The translations under genes and the position numbers were made by a program. The notes beneath the pieces were generated by a model. That model saw nothing but the letters and a program-made list of their open reading frames with translations, was not told the origin of the DNA and ran no database searches. Of a stretch of 41,675 nucleotides of DNA, positions 1-8,260 are shown piece by piece. Source of the stretch: a virus (Duplodnaviria > Caudoviricetes); the IMG/VR virus record IMGVR_UViG_3300012982_000007, positions 1 through 41,675 of that record. One strand, written 5' to 3'. Positions within the stretch are counted from its first letter, which is position 1. Each line of letters opens with the position of its first letter.

Positions 1-147
1 GCCTACGCCGCCACCGCCGCCGCCTCCGCCTCCGCCACCTTCGCCGCCGGCCGACCGAAGGCGCTGCGGGACATGGCGGCGCTGGTGCGCGGGGTTATTC
101 CGGCGGATTCGCTGCCCGACCTGCAATGGGACAAGGAGGCCGCATGA
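1..147 (+). CDS. C-terminal part of Ala-rich protein (continuation of 41342..41675)
   Basis: Frame 1 open from base 1: AYAATAAASASATFAAGRPKALRDMAALVRGVIPADSLPDLQWDKEAA*; the stop overlaps the next ATG (ATGA) after an AAGGAGG RBS. Confidence 0.75.
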   Translation, partial: AYAATAAASASATFAAGRPKALRDMAALVRGVIPADSLPDLQWDKEAA

Positions 148-434
148 CGCCCACTCCGTTCTCCTGCCGCATCGGCCGGCAGACCCAAATCATCAAGTTC
201 CCGGCCACTGCCACAACCTCCGCAGTGCCCGTGGATGGGGCGGCTTCTCACGACGTTGCCGCCCCTGTTTCTATCTGGTACCGCCGCGTGACGTACGCCA
301 TTCTCGGCGGTCTGCTTGGCCTGATCGCTACGTACGGGCTGCCGTACTGGCGGGACGGGCTCTGCGTTGTCATCGCCGGCGCATTTGCGCTCGGCATCAC
401 CCGCTGGATCGCCAAGGAAGGCGGCGATCTGTGA
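144..434 (+). CDS. hypothetical membrane protein (2 predicted TM segments)
   Basis: RBS AAGGAGG, ATG at 144; hydrophobic VTYAILGGLLGLIATY and GLCVVIAGAFALGI. Confidence 0.65.
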   Translation: MTPTPFSCRIGRQTQIIKFPATATTSAVPVDGAASHDVAAPVSIWYRRVTYAILGGLLGLIATYGLPYWRDGLCVVIAGAFALGITRWIAKEGGDL

Positions 435-757
435 ACAAAGAAAGCGGAGGAAGCGTGGTCAAAAACAACATTCGCATCATTCGGGTGGCGTCCGGCTTGT
501 CGCAAGGCCAGCTAGCCAGACTTGCCAACACACACCAGTCCCATTTGTCCCACATCGAGCATGAAAACATTCGGCCGTCACTCGACCTTGCGAAAAAAAT
601 CGCGGCTGCGCTCGAAGTGCCTGTCGAAGACCTCGGTTACGACATCGGCACGCTGCGACCGTACACCAAGAGGCCATGTCTGCGACCTCGCACCGCTCGG
701 ATCGAAGTCAAGCGACCACCCTTCCTCGTGCGCCTGTGGCGGAGGCTCTCGCTGTGA
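431..757 (+). CDS. XRE-family helix-turn-helix regulator
   Basis: IRIIRVASGLSQGQLARLANTHQSHLSHIEHENIRPSLDLAKKIAAALEV is a typical HTH_3 pattern; no peptidase domain. Confidence 0.85.
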   Translation: MNKESGGSVVKNNIRIIRVASGLSQGQLARLANTHQSHLSHIEHENIRPSLDLAKKIAAALEVPVEDLGYDIGTLRPYTKRPCLRPRTARIEVKRPPFLVRLWRRLSL

Positions 758-951
758 AGCTCACCGAGGAACAGCTTGAGAAGGCCTTTAATGCCATCTG
801 CAAGGACATGTGCGACTCCGAGGTTTTCAGCCACCACAACACCAACATGGGCAACTACTATCTCGGCCGCATGGAGGGGTGCAAGGCCGCGCTGAAGCAT
901 CTCGGCGTGAAGCCAAAAAGAAGAAGGGAGGCAAGGCATGAAGTTCTCTGA
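754..951 (+). CDS. hypothetical protein
   Basis: GTGA overlap with upstream stop, GGAGG RBS; MKLTEEQLEKAF... Confidence 0.6.
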   Translation: MKLTEEQLEKAFNAICKDMCDSEVFSHHNTNMGNYYLGRMEGCKAALKHLGVKPKRRREARHEVL

Positions 952-1189
952 CGAAATCGAGTGCCCGCGGTGCGAGGGAGAAGGCAAGTACGAAGTCAAC
1001 CTTGGCTACGGCATCGGCCCGGAGCGGTTGGAGGAAGCCACGCGCAATGAGGTGTGTGAGTCCTGCGGCGGTCGCGGCAAGGTGACGCTGGACGACATCA
1101 TCCACGACGACGCACTGGTCGAGTTCTCTGGCGGCCCCGCTGAGGTGCTGGCGATGGTGAAGGCGGCGATTGACGGGGTGGCGGCATGA
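938..1189 (+). CDS. DnaJ-type CxxCxGxG zinc-finger protein
   Basis: CPRCEGEG and CESCGGRG motifs; GGAGG RBS. Confidence 0.75.
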   Translation: MKFSDEIECPRCEGEGKYEVNLGYGIGPERLEEATRNEVCESCGGRGKVTLDDIIHDDALVEFSGGPAEVLAMVKAAIDGVAA

Positions 1190-1389
1190 GCAGCATGTAC
1201 CTGCCAAACGTGATCTTGGCTGCGCTGGACGCTATCGGGCCGGAGCCGGTTCGCGTACGAGGGCCTCTGGCTTTTATGCGCTGGAATGACGCGCGACTCT
1301 TCGCGTTGTTCGCCATCGTGAACATGGGCAAAGTCAAGCGCGGCTTCGTCGCCGTCCCCGACCAAGAGGCCGACAGCGAGGCCGCTTAA
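1186..1389 (+). CDS. hypothetical protein
   Basis: ATGA coupling to upstream gene. Confidence 0.55.
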   Translation: MSSMYLPNVILAALDAIGPEPVRVRGPLAFMRWNDARLFALFAIVNMGKVKRGFVAVPDQEADSEAA

Positions 1390-1605
1390 GTTACGCCGGG
1401 AGGAGACGGCAAACATGGAAGTGAGAATTTACCGGGTCAACATTGAGCATCGCAGGTTCGGCTTTAACTGGAACTCGCGCAAGGTCGTTGCCAGAGATTG
1501 CGAAGATGCGCTCAAGAAGGTCAAGCGAGGGTTGGAGAGAGGCGAAAAGGTTGAGTCTGTGCAGCTTTTAGAGCACGCCCGCGCGAGCGAGTAAGTTACG
1601 CCGGG
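1387..1605 (+). repeat. 14-bp direct repeat TAAGTTACGCCGGG (1387-1400, 1592-1605) bounding the 59-aa gene
   Basis: Exact match; each copy begins with the TAA stop of the preceding gene. Confidence 0.9.
1415..1594 (+). CDS. 59-aa hypothetical protein (not in ORF track)
   Basis: GGAGGAG RBS; MEVRIYRVNIEHRRFGFNWNSRKVVARDCEDALKKVKRGLERGEKVESVQLLEHARASE*. Confidence 0.65.
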   Translation: MEVRIYRVNIEHRRFGFNWNSRKVVARDCEDALKKVKRGLERGEKVESVQLLEHARASE

Positions 1606-1680
1606 TGCCCCTAACCGCAAGGCGGGGGCGATGGGTGGATAGCCCACGTGCTGCACCCGGCACCAGTTCAGGAGGAAGGC

Positions 1681-2115
1681 ATGAGTCGTTCAGTCAACAA
1701 GGTGATCTTGATCGGCAACCTCGGCAAAGACCCCGAGCAGAAGTTCACGCCCGCCGGTCAGTCGGTTGCCAAGTTCTCCCTCGCCACTTCCGACCGCTGG
1801 AAGGACAAGGCAACCGGCGATGCCAAGGAGTCAACCGAGTGGCACAACGTCGTCTGTTGGGCCGGCCTTGCAGACGTTGCCGCCAAGTACCTGACCAAAG
1901 GCTCGACCGTCTACGTCGAAGGCCGGTTGCAGACCCGCTCATGGGAGAAGGACGGCAAGAAGCAGTACATGACCGAGGTTGTCGCGAGTGAGCTGGTCAT
2001 GCTCGGCGGCAAGGCGAAGGACGCCGCGCCGTCTACCGGCTCCGAGACGTGGACGCCGCCTGCCGGGAAGCGGACGGATGACCTGGAACTCAACGATTCT
2101 GACCTGCCTTTTTAG
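1681..2115 (+). CDS. ssb: single-stranded DNA-binding protein
   Basis: SVNKVILIGNLGKDPE...TEWHNVV...VYVEGRLQTRSW; acidic DSDLPF tail. Confidence 0.97.
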   Translation: MSRSVNKVILIGNLGKDPEQKFTPAGQSVAKFSLATSDRWKDKATGDAKESTEWHNVVCWAGLADVAAKYLTKGSTVYVEGRLQTRSWEKDGKKQYMTEVVASELVMLGGKAKDAAPSTGSETWTPPAGKRTDDLELNDSDLPF

Positions 2116-2124
2116 CGAGGAGCC

Positions 2125-3120
2125 ATGGCAACACCGGTACAGATCGGGGAAGACGATTGGCTCGCTGAGCGGCGTACAGGCATCGGCGGCTCTGACGTTC
2201 ACCACGTCATGAACGAGCGGCCCTACGGATGCGCCCGCTACCTCTACTACGACAAGACCGGCGCTGAGCCCGACTACAACAACGAGAACGAGGGCCTGTT
2301 CAAGCGCGGGCACAAGCTGGAGCCGATCATCGCGGCCGAGTACGAGGAGGCGACCGGCAAGAAGGTACGCCGGATGCAGACCCGCGTGAATACCGATCGG
2401 CCGTGGGAGCGGGTGAACTGCGACCGGCAGATTGTTGGCGACCCGCGCGGTCCCGGCGTCCTGGAGTGCAAGTCCATGGGCGCCCATGCGTTCTCGCCGG
2501 TCAAGCGTGACGGTTTGCCAGCGGCCCACGTCCTGCAGTTGCAGTGGGCGTTGATGGTGACGGGATACAAGTGGGGAGCGTTCGCCGTACTCGAACCGGC
2601 GTCGTGGGAACTGCTGACGTTCGAGATGGAGCGTAACGAGCCTCTGATTGCGTCAATAGGGCATGAGGCGGCTGTCTTTTGGGCTCGAATCAGAGCCAAG
2701 AGAATCCCTCCGCAGCTTGAGAACGAGGACGACACCCGCTGCCAGTCCTGTGTCTACCGCAAGACCTGCCGGGGCTCTGTTGCCACCATGCAGATCGCGG
2801 AGCCGGAGATCACCCATCCCGTCGAGCAGGACGACACGCTGGCCGAGATCGTGCAGGACTACTGGGCGGCAAAGGAAGCCGTCGCGCAGGCCGACGCTGT
2901 GTACGACATGGTGGCAGCCGCCCTCAAAGATCGCATTGGCGAGCGGCAAGCCATCGAAGTGCCGAGCCTGATGGCCCGCATTTCCTACAAGCAACAAAAG
3001 GATTCGCTGACGTGGGACGGCAAGTTTCTGGACCGTCACCACCCGGAGTTGAAGGCGACTTGCAGCAAGGTCAAAAAGGGTGGGCGCGCCCTCACGGTCA
3101 ATGCGCCAGGGAGGGACTAA
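2125..3120 (+). CDS. YqaJ-family (lambda exo-like) viral exonuclease
   Basis: WLAERRTGIGGSD, G-x-x-LEP, LECKS, QLQW motifs; adjacent to recombinase. Confidence 0.9.
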   Translation: MATPVQIGEDDWLAERRTGIGGSDVHHVMNERPYGCARYLYYDKTGAEPDYNNENEGLFKRGHKLEPIIAAEYEEATGKKVRRMQTRVNTDRPWERVNCDRQIVGDPRGPGVLECKSMGAHAFSPVKRDGLPAAHVLQLQWALMVTGYKWGAFAVLEPASWELLTFEMERNEPLIASIGHEAAVFWARIRAKRIPPQLENEDDTRCQSCVYRKTCRGSVATMQIAEPEITHPVEQDDTLAEIVQDYWAAKEAVAQADAVYDMVAAALKDRIGERQAIEVPSLMARISYKQQKDSLTWDGKFLDRHHPELKATCSKVKKGGRALTVNAPGRD

Positions 3121-3824
3121 TGAGCACAGCTATTGCAACAACCACCCCGGAGCCACGCCTTAGCTTGGCCCGGTCACTGGCCGCGCGCTTCCAGATGGAG
3201 CCCACGGTTTTCATGGAGACGGTAAAAAAGACCGTGTTCCCCAACGGCACCGCAACCAACGAGCAGCTTGCCGCCTTCATGGCGGTGGCCCACGAGTACA
3301 AGCTGAACCCGTTCACGCGCGAGATTTACGCCTTCCCGACGAAGGGCGGCGGCATCCAGCCCATCGTCTCGATTGACGGCTGGCTGCACCTTGTCAACTC
3401 GCATCCCGAGCTGGATGGCATCGAGTTCTCTGACACCCTTAACGAGTCCGGCAAGCTGCTGGCTGTTACCTGCCGCATCTACCGCAAGGACCGCACCCGC
3501 CCGGTCGAGATGACCGAGTACATGTCGGAGTGCGCCCGTGAAACCGAGCCGTGGAAGAAGTGGCCGGCGCGGATGCTGCGCCACAAGGCGCTGATCCAGG
3601 CGGCGCGTTACGCCTTCTCATTCTCCGGCATCTTGGACCCGGACGAGGCCGAGCGGATCATGCAGGAGCAGACGCCGCAGATCGTTGCGGCGCACACGCA
3701 CCGCAAGGCAGAGGAACTGGCCGCCAAGTACGCCAAGCCGGTCGAGCCGGAGCCCCAGGTTGCCGAGAATCCCGACGCGGAGCCGGTCCACGGTATGCCG
3801 CTCGACTTCGGGGGTGCGGCGTGA
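3120..3824 (+). CDS. bet: RecT/Bet single-strand annealing recombinase
   Basis: LNPFTREIYAFP...PIVSIDGW...PWKKWPARMLRHKALIQAARYAF, typical of Redbeta. Confidence 0.93.
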   Translation: MSTAIATTTPEPRLSLARSLAARFQMEPTVFMETVKKTVFPNGTATNEQLAAFMAVAHEYKLNPFTREIYAFPTKGGGIQPIVSIDGWLHLVNSHPELDGIEFSDTLNESGKLLAVTCRIYRKDRTRPVEMTEYMSECARETEPWKKWPARMLRHKALIQAARYAFSFSGILDPDEAERIMQEQTPQIVAAHTHRKAEELAAKYAKPVEPEPQVAENPDAEPVHGMPLDFGGAA

Positions 3825-3973
3825 ACGCACTGATTCGCTTCTTTTGCCGTCACCCGAACTCGCGCTGCATGACGCGGCGGAACCGTAACGGCGACCTGTG
3901 CCTGTACTGCACTCGGTGTTTGAGCTGGATCGCCAACTGGAACGAGACGATTGGCGTTCGGAGGGCGGCGTGA
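3821..3973 (+). CDS. small Cys/His protein
   Basis: GTGA coupling; FFCRH...CLYCTRC. Confidence 0.55.
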   Translation: MNALIRFFCRHPNSRCMTRRNRNGDLCLYCTRCLSWIANWNETIGVRRAA

Positions 3974-4524
3974 ACTACGAAATCAAAAATCGCTGGACGA
4001 ATGCCTGCTTATGGTCCGGGGAGGCGGACAGCCTCAAGGAAGCCGCGATGGCGGCGGTGGAAAGCGGGGCCCACCTGAGCGGGGCCGACCTGAGCGAGGC
4101 CGACCTGAGCGGGGCCAACCTGAGCGGGGCCGACCTGAGCGGGGCCGACCTGAGCTGGGCCGACCTGAGCGGGGCCAACCTGAGCGGGGCCAACCTGCGT
4201 CCTGTAAAGGCCGACGTGTGGGAAATACTGCTCCACGCAATCCCAGAGGTTCCGGCTCTCGCGGCGGCGCTACGGGAAGGACGCGTAGATGGCTCGGTCT
4301 ACGGTGGAGAGTGTGCTTGCTTGGTCGGCACACTCGCCAAGGCGCGGGGCACTAGCGTGTCCGGCCTTGCGGGCATAATCCCCGACTCTTCGCGACCGGC
4401 AGAAGAATTTTTCATGTCGATCAAAAAAGGAGATACGCCGGAGTCGAACCCGGCCTGCAAGATCGCCCTTGGATGGGTGGAGGAGTTTATTGCGTTGGTC
4501 GGGGCGAGCAAGGGGGCGGCGTGA
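3970..4524 (+). CDS. pentapeptide-repeat protein
   Basis: Nine A(D/N/H)LS(G/E/W) repeats followed by a globular domain (GECACLVGT). Confidence 0.9.
   Translation: MNYEIKNRWTNACLWSGEADSLKEAAMAAVESGAHLSGADLSEADLSGANLSGADLSGADLSWADLSGANLSGANLRPVKADVWEILLHAIPEVPALAAALREGRVDGSVYGGECACLVGTLAKARGTSVSGLAGIIPDSSRPAEEFFMSIKKGDTPESNPACKIALGWVEEFIALVGASKGAA
4066..4200 (+). repeat. 15-bp tandem repeat x9 (consensus GGGGCCGACCTGAGC)
   Basis: Near-perfect units read directly from the sequence. Confidence 0.95.
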
Positions 4525-4676
4525 AACCACAACCGAAGGACATCGCACCCAAGGTCAGCGTCTCCAAGCGAAAACTCGCCTACCACGCTCACGCCAGGCG
4601 CTTCCCTGACGGTCCGGGATTCGGGCGGGTGCAAGCCAACGTCCCAGGCGTGGTCGTTGGCAGTCGTTGCCGGTAA
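4521..4676 (+). CDS. short hypothetical protein
   Basis: GTGA coupling; fills the gap before the initiator gene. Confidence 0.4.
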   Translation: MKPQPKDIAPKVSVSKRKLAYHAHARRFPDGPGFGRVQANVPGVVVGSRCR

Positions 4677-4697
4677 ACATTGTAAGCAAGGGGATCA

Positions 4698-5534
4698 ATG
4701 CCGACTAAGCCAAGACGCCCGTGGATGCCGTTTCTGGTGGAGGACTACTTCTCCTCTGAGCGTGTCCTTGCCATGGACGCCCACGCGGAACGCGCTTACT
4801 TCCGCCTGTTCCTGTTCTGTTGGATCGGGCGCGGCTCCATCCCTGGCGATGAGAGCGTGTTGGCCGAGATCAGCCGAGCCGGTGCCCGCTGGCAGAAGGT
4901 TCGTGATCGGGTTCTGGCCTGCTTCGAGCAACGGAACGATGGCCGCTGGTACCACTCCAAGGTTGAGATGTTGGTGGCCGAGGCGGACTCTTTTGCCGAA
5001 AGCCGAAGGGTCAACGGATCGCGCGGAGGGCGCCCAAGGAATAACCTAGACGAAAGCACTAGGTTATCGGTAGCTAACCTAGACGAAAGCTGTAGTGAAC
5101 CTAGAGCCAAAGCTAAAAAAAGCCATACACAGTCACATACACAGACACAAGAAGAAAACAACCCCCCTACCCCCCGCAAGCGGGGGCTTGTCGAGCTGCC
5201 CGCTTGGCTGCCCCGCGACCGGTGGGACGCGTTCGCCGAGATGCGGGCGAAGCTGCGCAAACCGCTGACTGGCCGCGCGGTTGCGCTGGTGATCGCCAAG
5301 TTGGAGCGGCTGAAAACGGATGGTCAAGACCCTGCGGAAGTGCTTGACCAATCGGTACTTAACGCATGGCAGGGAGTGTTCCCGGTGCTATCCGAAAACG
5401 GAGCAAAACATGGCAAATCACGAGATGAACAACGCCGAGATCGCAACCTCGCCAACGCCGCAAGGGCAATCGAAATCCTCGAAAGCCGAGACGCTGCGGT
5501 CGCTGCTGCTGCTGGCGGAGGCGTTCGGTCGTGA
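4698..5534 (+). CDS. replication initiator, YdaU/DUF1376-like
   Basis: PWMPFLVEDYFS...ERAYFRLFLFCW N-terminus; C-terminal LPAWLP...W...R..LRKPLT...LDQSVLNAWQGVF; internal iterons. Confidence 0.85.
   Translation: MPTKPRRPWMPFLVEDYFSSERVLAMDAHAERAYFRLFLFCWIGRGSIPGDESVLAEISRAGARWQKVRDRVLACFEQRNDGRWYHSKVEMLVAEADSFAESRRVNGSRGGRPRNNLDESTRLSVANLDESCSEPRAKAKKSHTQSHTQTQEENNPPTPRKRGLVELPAWLPRDRWDAFAEMRAKLRKPLTGRAVALVIAKLERLKTDGQDPAEVLDQSVLNAWQGVFPVLSENGAKHGKSRDEQRRDRNLANAARAIEILESRDAAVAAAAGGGVRS
5042..5114. repeat. putative replication-origin iterons
   Basis: TAACCTAGACGAAAGC at 5042 and 5075, degenerate AACCTAGAGCCAAAGC at 5098, inverted CTAGGTTA at 5059; A-rich tract follows. Confidence 0.8.
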
Positions 5535-6150
5535 GCTGAGTTCCGAGGCCCAGGTGCTCATGACCGACGCGCTTTCTGACGTTCCGCTGGCGGATTTGCG
5601 ACGTGCCTGCGGTGCGGCGTTGCGTGGTTGCCGGTTCATGCCGACGGTGGCGGAGATTCTCGAACTGGCCGGCATGAGACAGGTGACGGGGAAGGAACAG
5701 GAGGAAGCCGAGGCCCACGCGGCATGGGATTTTACCTGCGCTTGGCTGTCGCGGTGGGCGTGGAAGCTGCGCCACCCGGCGACGGGATTCCTCGGTGACA
5801 GCGGGGCCGGCGTGCCAGAACTCGACGAGCGGATGGCGGGGGCACTGCGACGCGCTGGCGGGATTAACCGGCTGTACCTCGCGATGGGTGGCGACACCGA
5901 TGACCTGCAATGGGTTCGCAAGTCGTTTCTGGAGGAGTACCGCATGGCTCCGGCTATTCAGACAGCGCGGTCCACGATGGACGCCGCCCCGCAACTTGGG
6001 CATGCGGTGACGCGACTGCTGGAATCAACCAAGATGCCCAACGCCGTTGCCACGCTGCCCGTGGCAAGCGCGTATACCGACAACCGGGCCCTGGGTACCG
6101 CCGACGTTCCACAATCCAACCTGGCGCGATTTTCGGGGGGTGCAAGGTGA
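5410..6150 (+). CDS. replication protein P-like / helicase loader-like protein
   Basis: Follows initiator; CRFMPTVAEI motif and AHAAW...ALRRAGG...WVRKSFLEEY. Confidence 0.65.
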   Translation: MANHEMNNAEIATSPTPQGQSKSSKAETLRSLLLLAEAFGRELSSEAQVLMTDALSDVPLADLRRACGAALRGCRFMPTVAEILELAGMRQVTGKEQEEAEAHAAWDFTCAWLSRWAWKLRHPATGFLGDSGAGVPELDERMAGALRRAGGINRLYLAMGGDTDDLQWVRKSFLEEYRMAPAIQTARSTMDAAPQLGHAVTRLLESTKMPNAVATLPVASAYTDNRALGTADVPQSNLARFSGGAR

Positions 6151-6317
6151 GCAAGGAAGCCCGACAAGTGGCCGAGTCCGTCATGCGCAAGTGGCGAGAG
6201 CGTTGCGGCTTCGACCCGGACGCCGCCGAGCCCGAACACTTCCGGCTGCCGTCGAAGGCCGTGATGCAAATTCGAGAGGCCGACCGGGAGAACGAAGAGC
6301 GGAGGTTGCGCCAGTGA
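6147..6317 (+). CDS. hypothetical protein (MSKEARQV...)
   Basis: GTGA coupling at both ends. Confidence 0.6.
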   Translation: MSKEARQVAESVMRKWRERCGFDPDAAEPEHFRLPSKAVMQIREADRENEERRLRQ

Positions 6318-7255
6318 GTAATCAGAAAGACCTCGGAACCCCATGGAATCCGGTGACCATCTGGAGGAACGGCCAGGTGTGGAATGAGGCCAGCCTGCTG
6401 GACCCCTTGAGATGGCGCAAGCCCCGGCGCGTGCTCGTGAACTCGATGAGCGACTTGTTCCACGAGGCGCTACCGGATGAGGCTATTGACCGGGTGTTCG
6501 CTGTCATGGCGATGGCGCCGGAGCACACGTTCCAGGTGCTGACCAAGCGAGCGGAGCGGATGGCGACGTGGTTCGGTAGACCCTATCTACTCGGACGCAT
6601 ATTGGAAGCGTGCGAACGGATAGATCGGTGGCCGAATGGAAGCGAGCCTCCACTTCGTCTCCCGCTGCCCAATGTTTGGCTGGGCGTCTCCGTCGAGGAC
6701 CAAGCCACGGCCGACGACCGGATACCGCTGTTGCTTCAGACGCCGGCTGCGGTGCGGTTCGTGAGCGCCGATCCCCTACTGGACAGGATTACGTTTAGGT
6801 GGGCACCGTGGGACGATGGCGGACCGCACCCACGACGCAAGACCCAACTGCCGGACGTGCGCCGGGGCAAGCGCGTGTTGGCCGGCAACGCGGATGACCT
6901 GGACGGCCTGAGGATGCTCGACTGGGTGATTGTGGCCGGCAAGAGCGGCCCTAGGGCGCGGCCGATGCACCCGGATTGGGTGCGGAGTATCCGAGATGAG
7001 TGCGTTGAGGCCCGCGTGCCGCTGCACTTCAAACAATGGGGAGAGTGGGCCCCAGGCGAGAGCGTCGAGAGAACGACGGGAACCGTGCAGGTTGCAACGT
7101 GGTGGAACGGCGCCCGGTCAACAGACAAAGAAAATCTATCGGACTGCGACGGCCACCGCGACGATGAACCCGACGTGTACCGGGTCGGCAAGAAAGCCGC
7201 CTGCCGACACCTGGACGGTCGAACGTGGGATGAGTTCCCGAGGGAACAGCGATGA
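6314..7255 (+). CDS. phage Gp37/Gp68 (DUF5131) family protein, degenerate
   Basis: PLRWRKPRRVLVNSMSDLFHE, HTFQVLTKR, NVWLGVSVEDQ, ARPMHPDWVRSIRDEC, FKQWGEW. Confidence 0.9.
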   Translation: MSNQKDLGTPWNPVTIWRNGQVWNEASLLDPLRWRKPRRVLVNSMSDLFHEALPDEAIDRVFAVMAMAPEHTFQVLTKRAERMATWFGRPYLLGRILEACERIDRWPNGSEPPLRLPLPNVWLGVSVEDQATADDRIPLLLQTPAAVRFVSADPLLDRITFRWAPWDDGGPHPRRKTQLPDVRRGKRVLAGNADDLDGLRMLDWVIVAGKSGPRARPMHPDWVRSIRDECVEARVPLHFKQWGEWAPGESVERTTGTVQVATWWNGARSTDKENLSDCDGHRDDEPDVYRVGKKAACRHLDGRTWDEFPREQR

Positions 7256-7449
7256 CCGACAAGCCCATGCTCAGAATCTCGGAGGCGGCGGACCAGTTGC
7301 GCATCTCGCCGGGGACGCTACGGCTTTGGGTGGCGTCGGGCAAGGTGGCGTGCTTCCGTCCGTCGCGGCGGGTGACGCTGATCGCGAGGGTTGAGATTGA
7401 CCGACTGCTGGCATCGAGTGCGGTTACTGCTGGAGCGCGAAAGTTTTGA
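7252..7449 (+). CDS. excisionase-like HTH_17 DNA-binding protein
   Basis: LRISEAADQLRISPGTLRLWVASGKV. Confidence 0.8.
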   Translation: MTDKPMLRISEAADQLRISPGTLRLWVASGKVACFRPSRRVTLIARVEIDRLLASSAVTAGARKF

Positions 7450-7468
7450 GCAACGAAAGTGAGAACCG

Positions 7469-7687
7469 ATGAAATTCCGAAAGAAGCTTGTAGTGATCGA
7501 AGCTACGCAGTGGTTAAAGGACGGAGACCACCCACGCGTCACCTGCGGCGGTCCACTGCACACGCATGGATACATCGCGCTGGAACTGGGCGGCAATATT
7601 GTTTGTCCGGGCGATTGGATCATCGATGGAAGCGATACGCCCTGCAAGCCCGACATCTTCGCCGCAACCTACGAGCCGGTGCAATGA
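7469..7687 (+). CDS. conserved small phage protein
   Basis: MKFRKK..VIEATQW...PGDWII...PCKPDIFAATYE pattern common in phages. Confidence 0.75.
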   Translation: MKFRKKLVVIEATQWLKDGDHPRVTCGGPLHTHGYIALELGGNIVCPGDWIIDGSDTPCKPDIFAATYEPVQ

Positions 7688-7718
7688 GAGCGAGTGCGGT
7701 GCAGGCGGGAGGGAGACG

Positions 7719-7895
7719 ATGACAAACGACCTTAAACCATGTCCGTGGTGTAAGCAATCGGCAGCAGTGCGAGCGTTATCTTTGGCGGACCTATTTGTAC
7801 TCGGGTGCTTTTTTGACGGCTGTCCGGTCAAGCCAACAATCAGCGGACCTGACCTGTTCGCTCTCGCCGAACGGTGGAACAGGGAGGGCGAATGA
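7719..7895 (+). CDS. Lar-like (restriction alleviation) zinc-finger protein, copy 1
   Basis: LKPCPWCK...GC...GC...WNR. Confidence 0.65.
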   Translation: MTNDLKPCPWCKQSAAVRALSLADLFVLGCFFDGCPVKPTISGPDLFALAERWNREGE

Positions 7896-8095
7896 GCAAA
7901 AAGCTGAAGCCGTGTCCGTGGTGCAAGGGCGACGTGGAAATCGTCAAGTCGGTGCGGCTCAATTGCCCTGTCGGAAAGCGCCACAGTTTTGGCATCGGCT
8001 GTTTCAGCGATGGGTGCCAGGTCAACCCTCAGGGGAGACCGTTAAGCGACCGTGCGGCCGTGGTCGAGGCGTGGAACCAGAGGGAGGGCGAATGA
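7892..8095 (+). CDS. Lar-like zinc-finger protein, copy 2
   Basis: LKPCPWCK...GCFSDGC...AVVEAWNQR. Confidence 0.7.
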   Translation: MSKKLKPCPWCKGDVEIVKSVRLNCPVGKRHSFGIGCFSDGCQVNPQGRPLSDRAAVVEAWNQREGE

Positions 8096-8253
8096 AACTC
8101 GAACTGACCGACGAGCAGATTGAGTCGCTAGTCAAGGCGGCTGAGCATTTTGACGCCAAGCTCTTTGAGGTTGTCATCCGAGCCGCATATAAGCCTTGCG
8201 GTTTTGATGAGTCGAAGTGGAGAACTCACATCAGCAAACTGGACCGCCAGTGA
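8092..8253 (+). CDS. hypothetical protein
   Basis: ATGA coupling, GGAGG RBS. Confidence 0.55.
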   Translation: MKLELTDEQIESLVKAAEHFDAKLFEVVIRAAYKPCGFDESKWRTHISKLDRQ

Positions 8254-8260
8254 AAAGTAC

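Noticed and set aside
4066-4200. CRISPR array
   Set aside because: Contiguous 15-bp units with no spacers, in frame in a pentapeptide protein; no cas genes.
3816-4526. Recurring GCGGCGTGAA junctions and proteins ending in ...AA
   Set aside because: Explained by common RBS plus GTGA translational coupling; too short on their own to call a recombination site.
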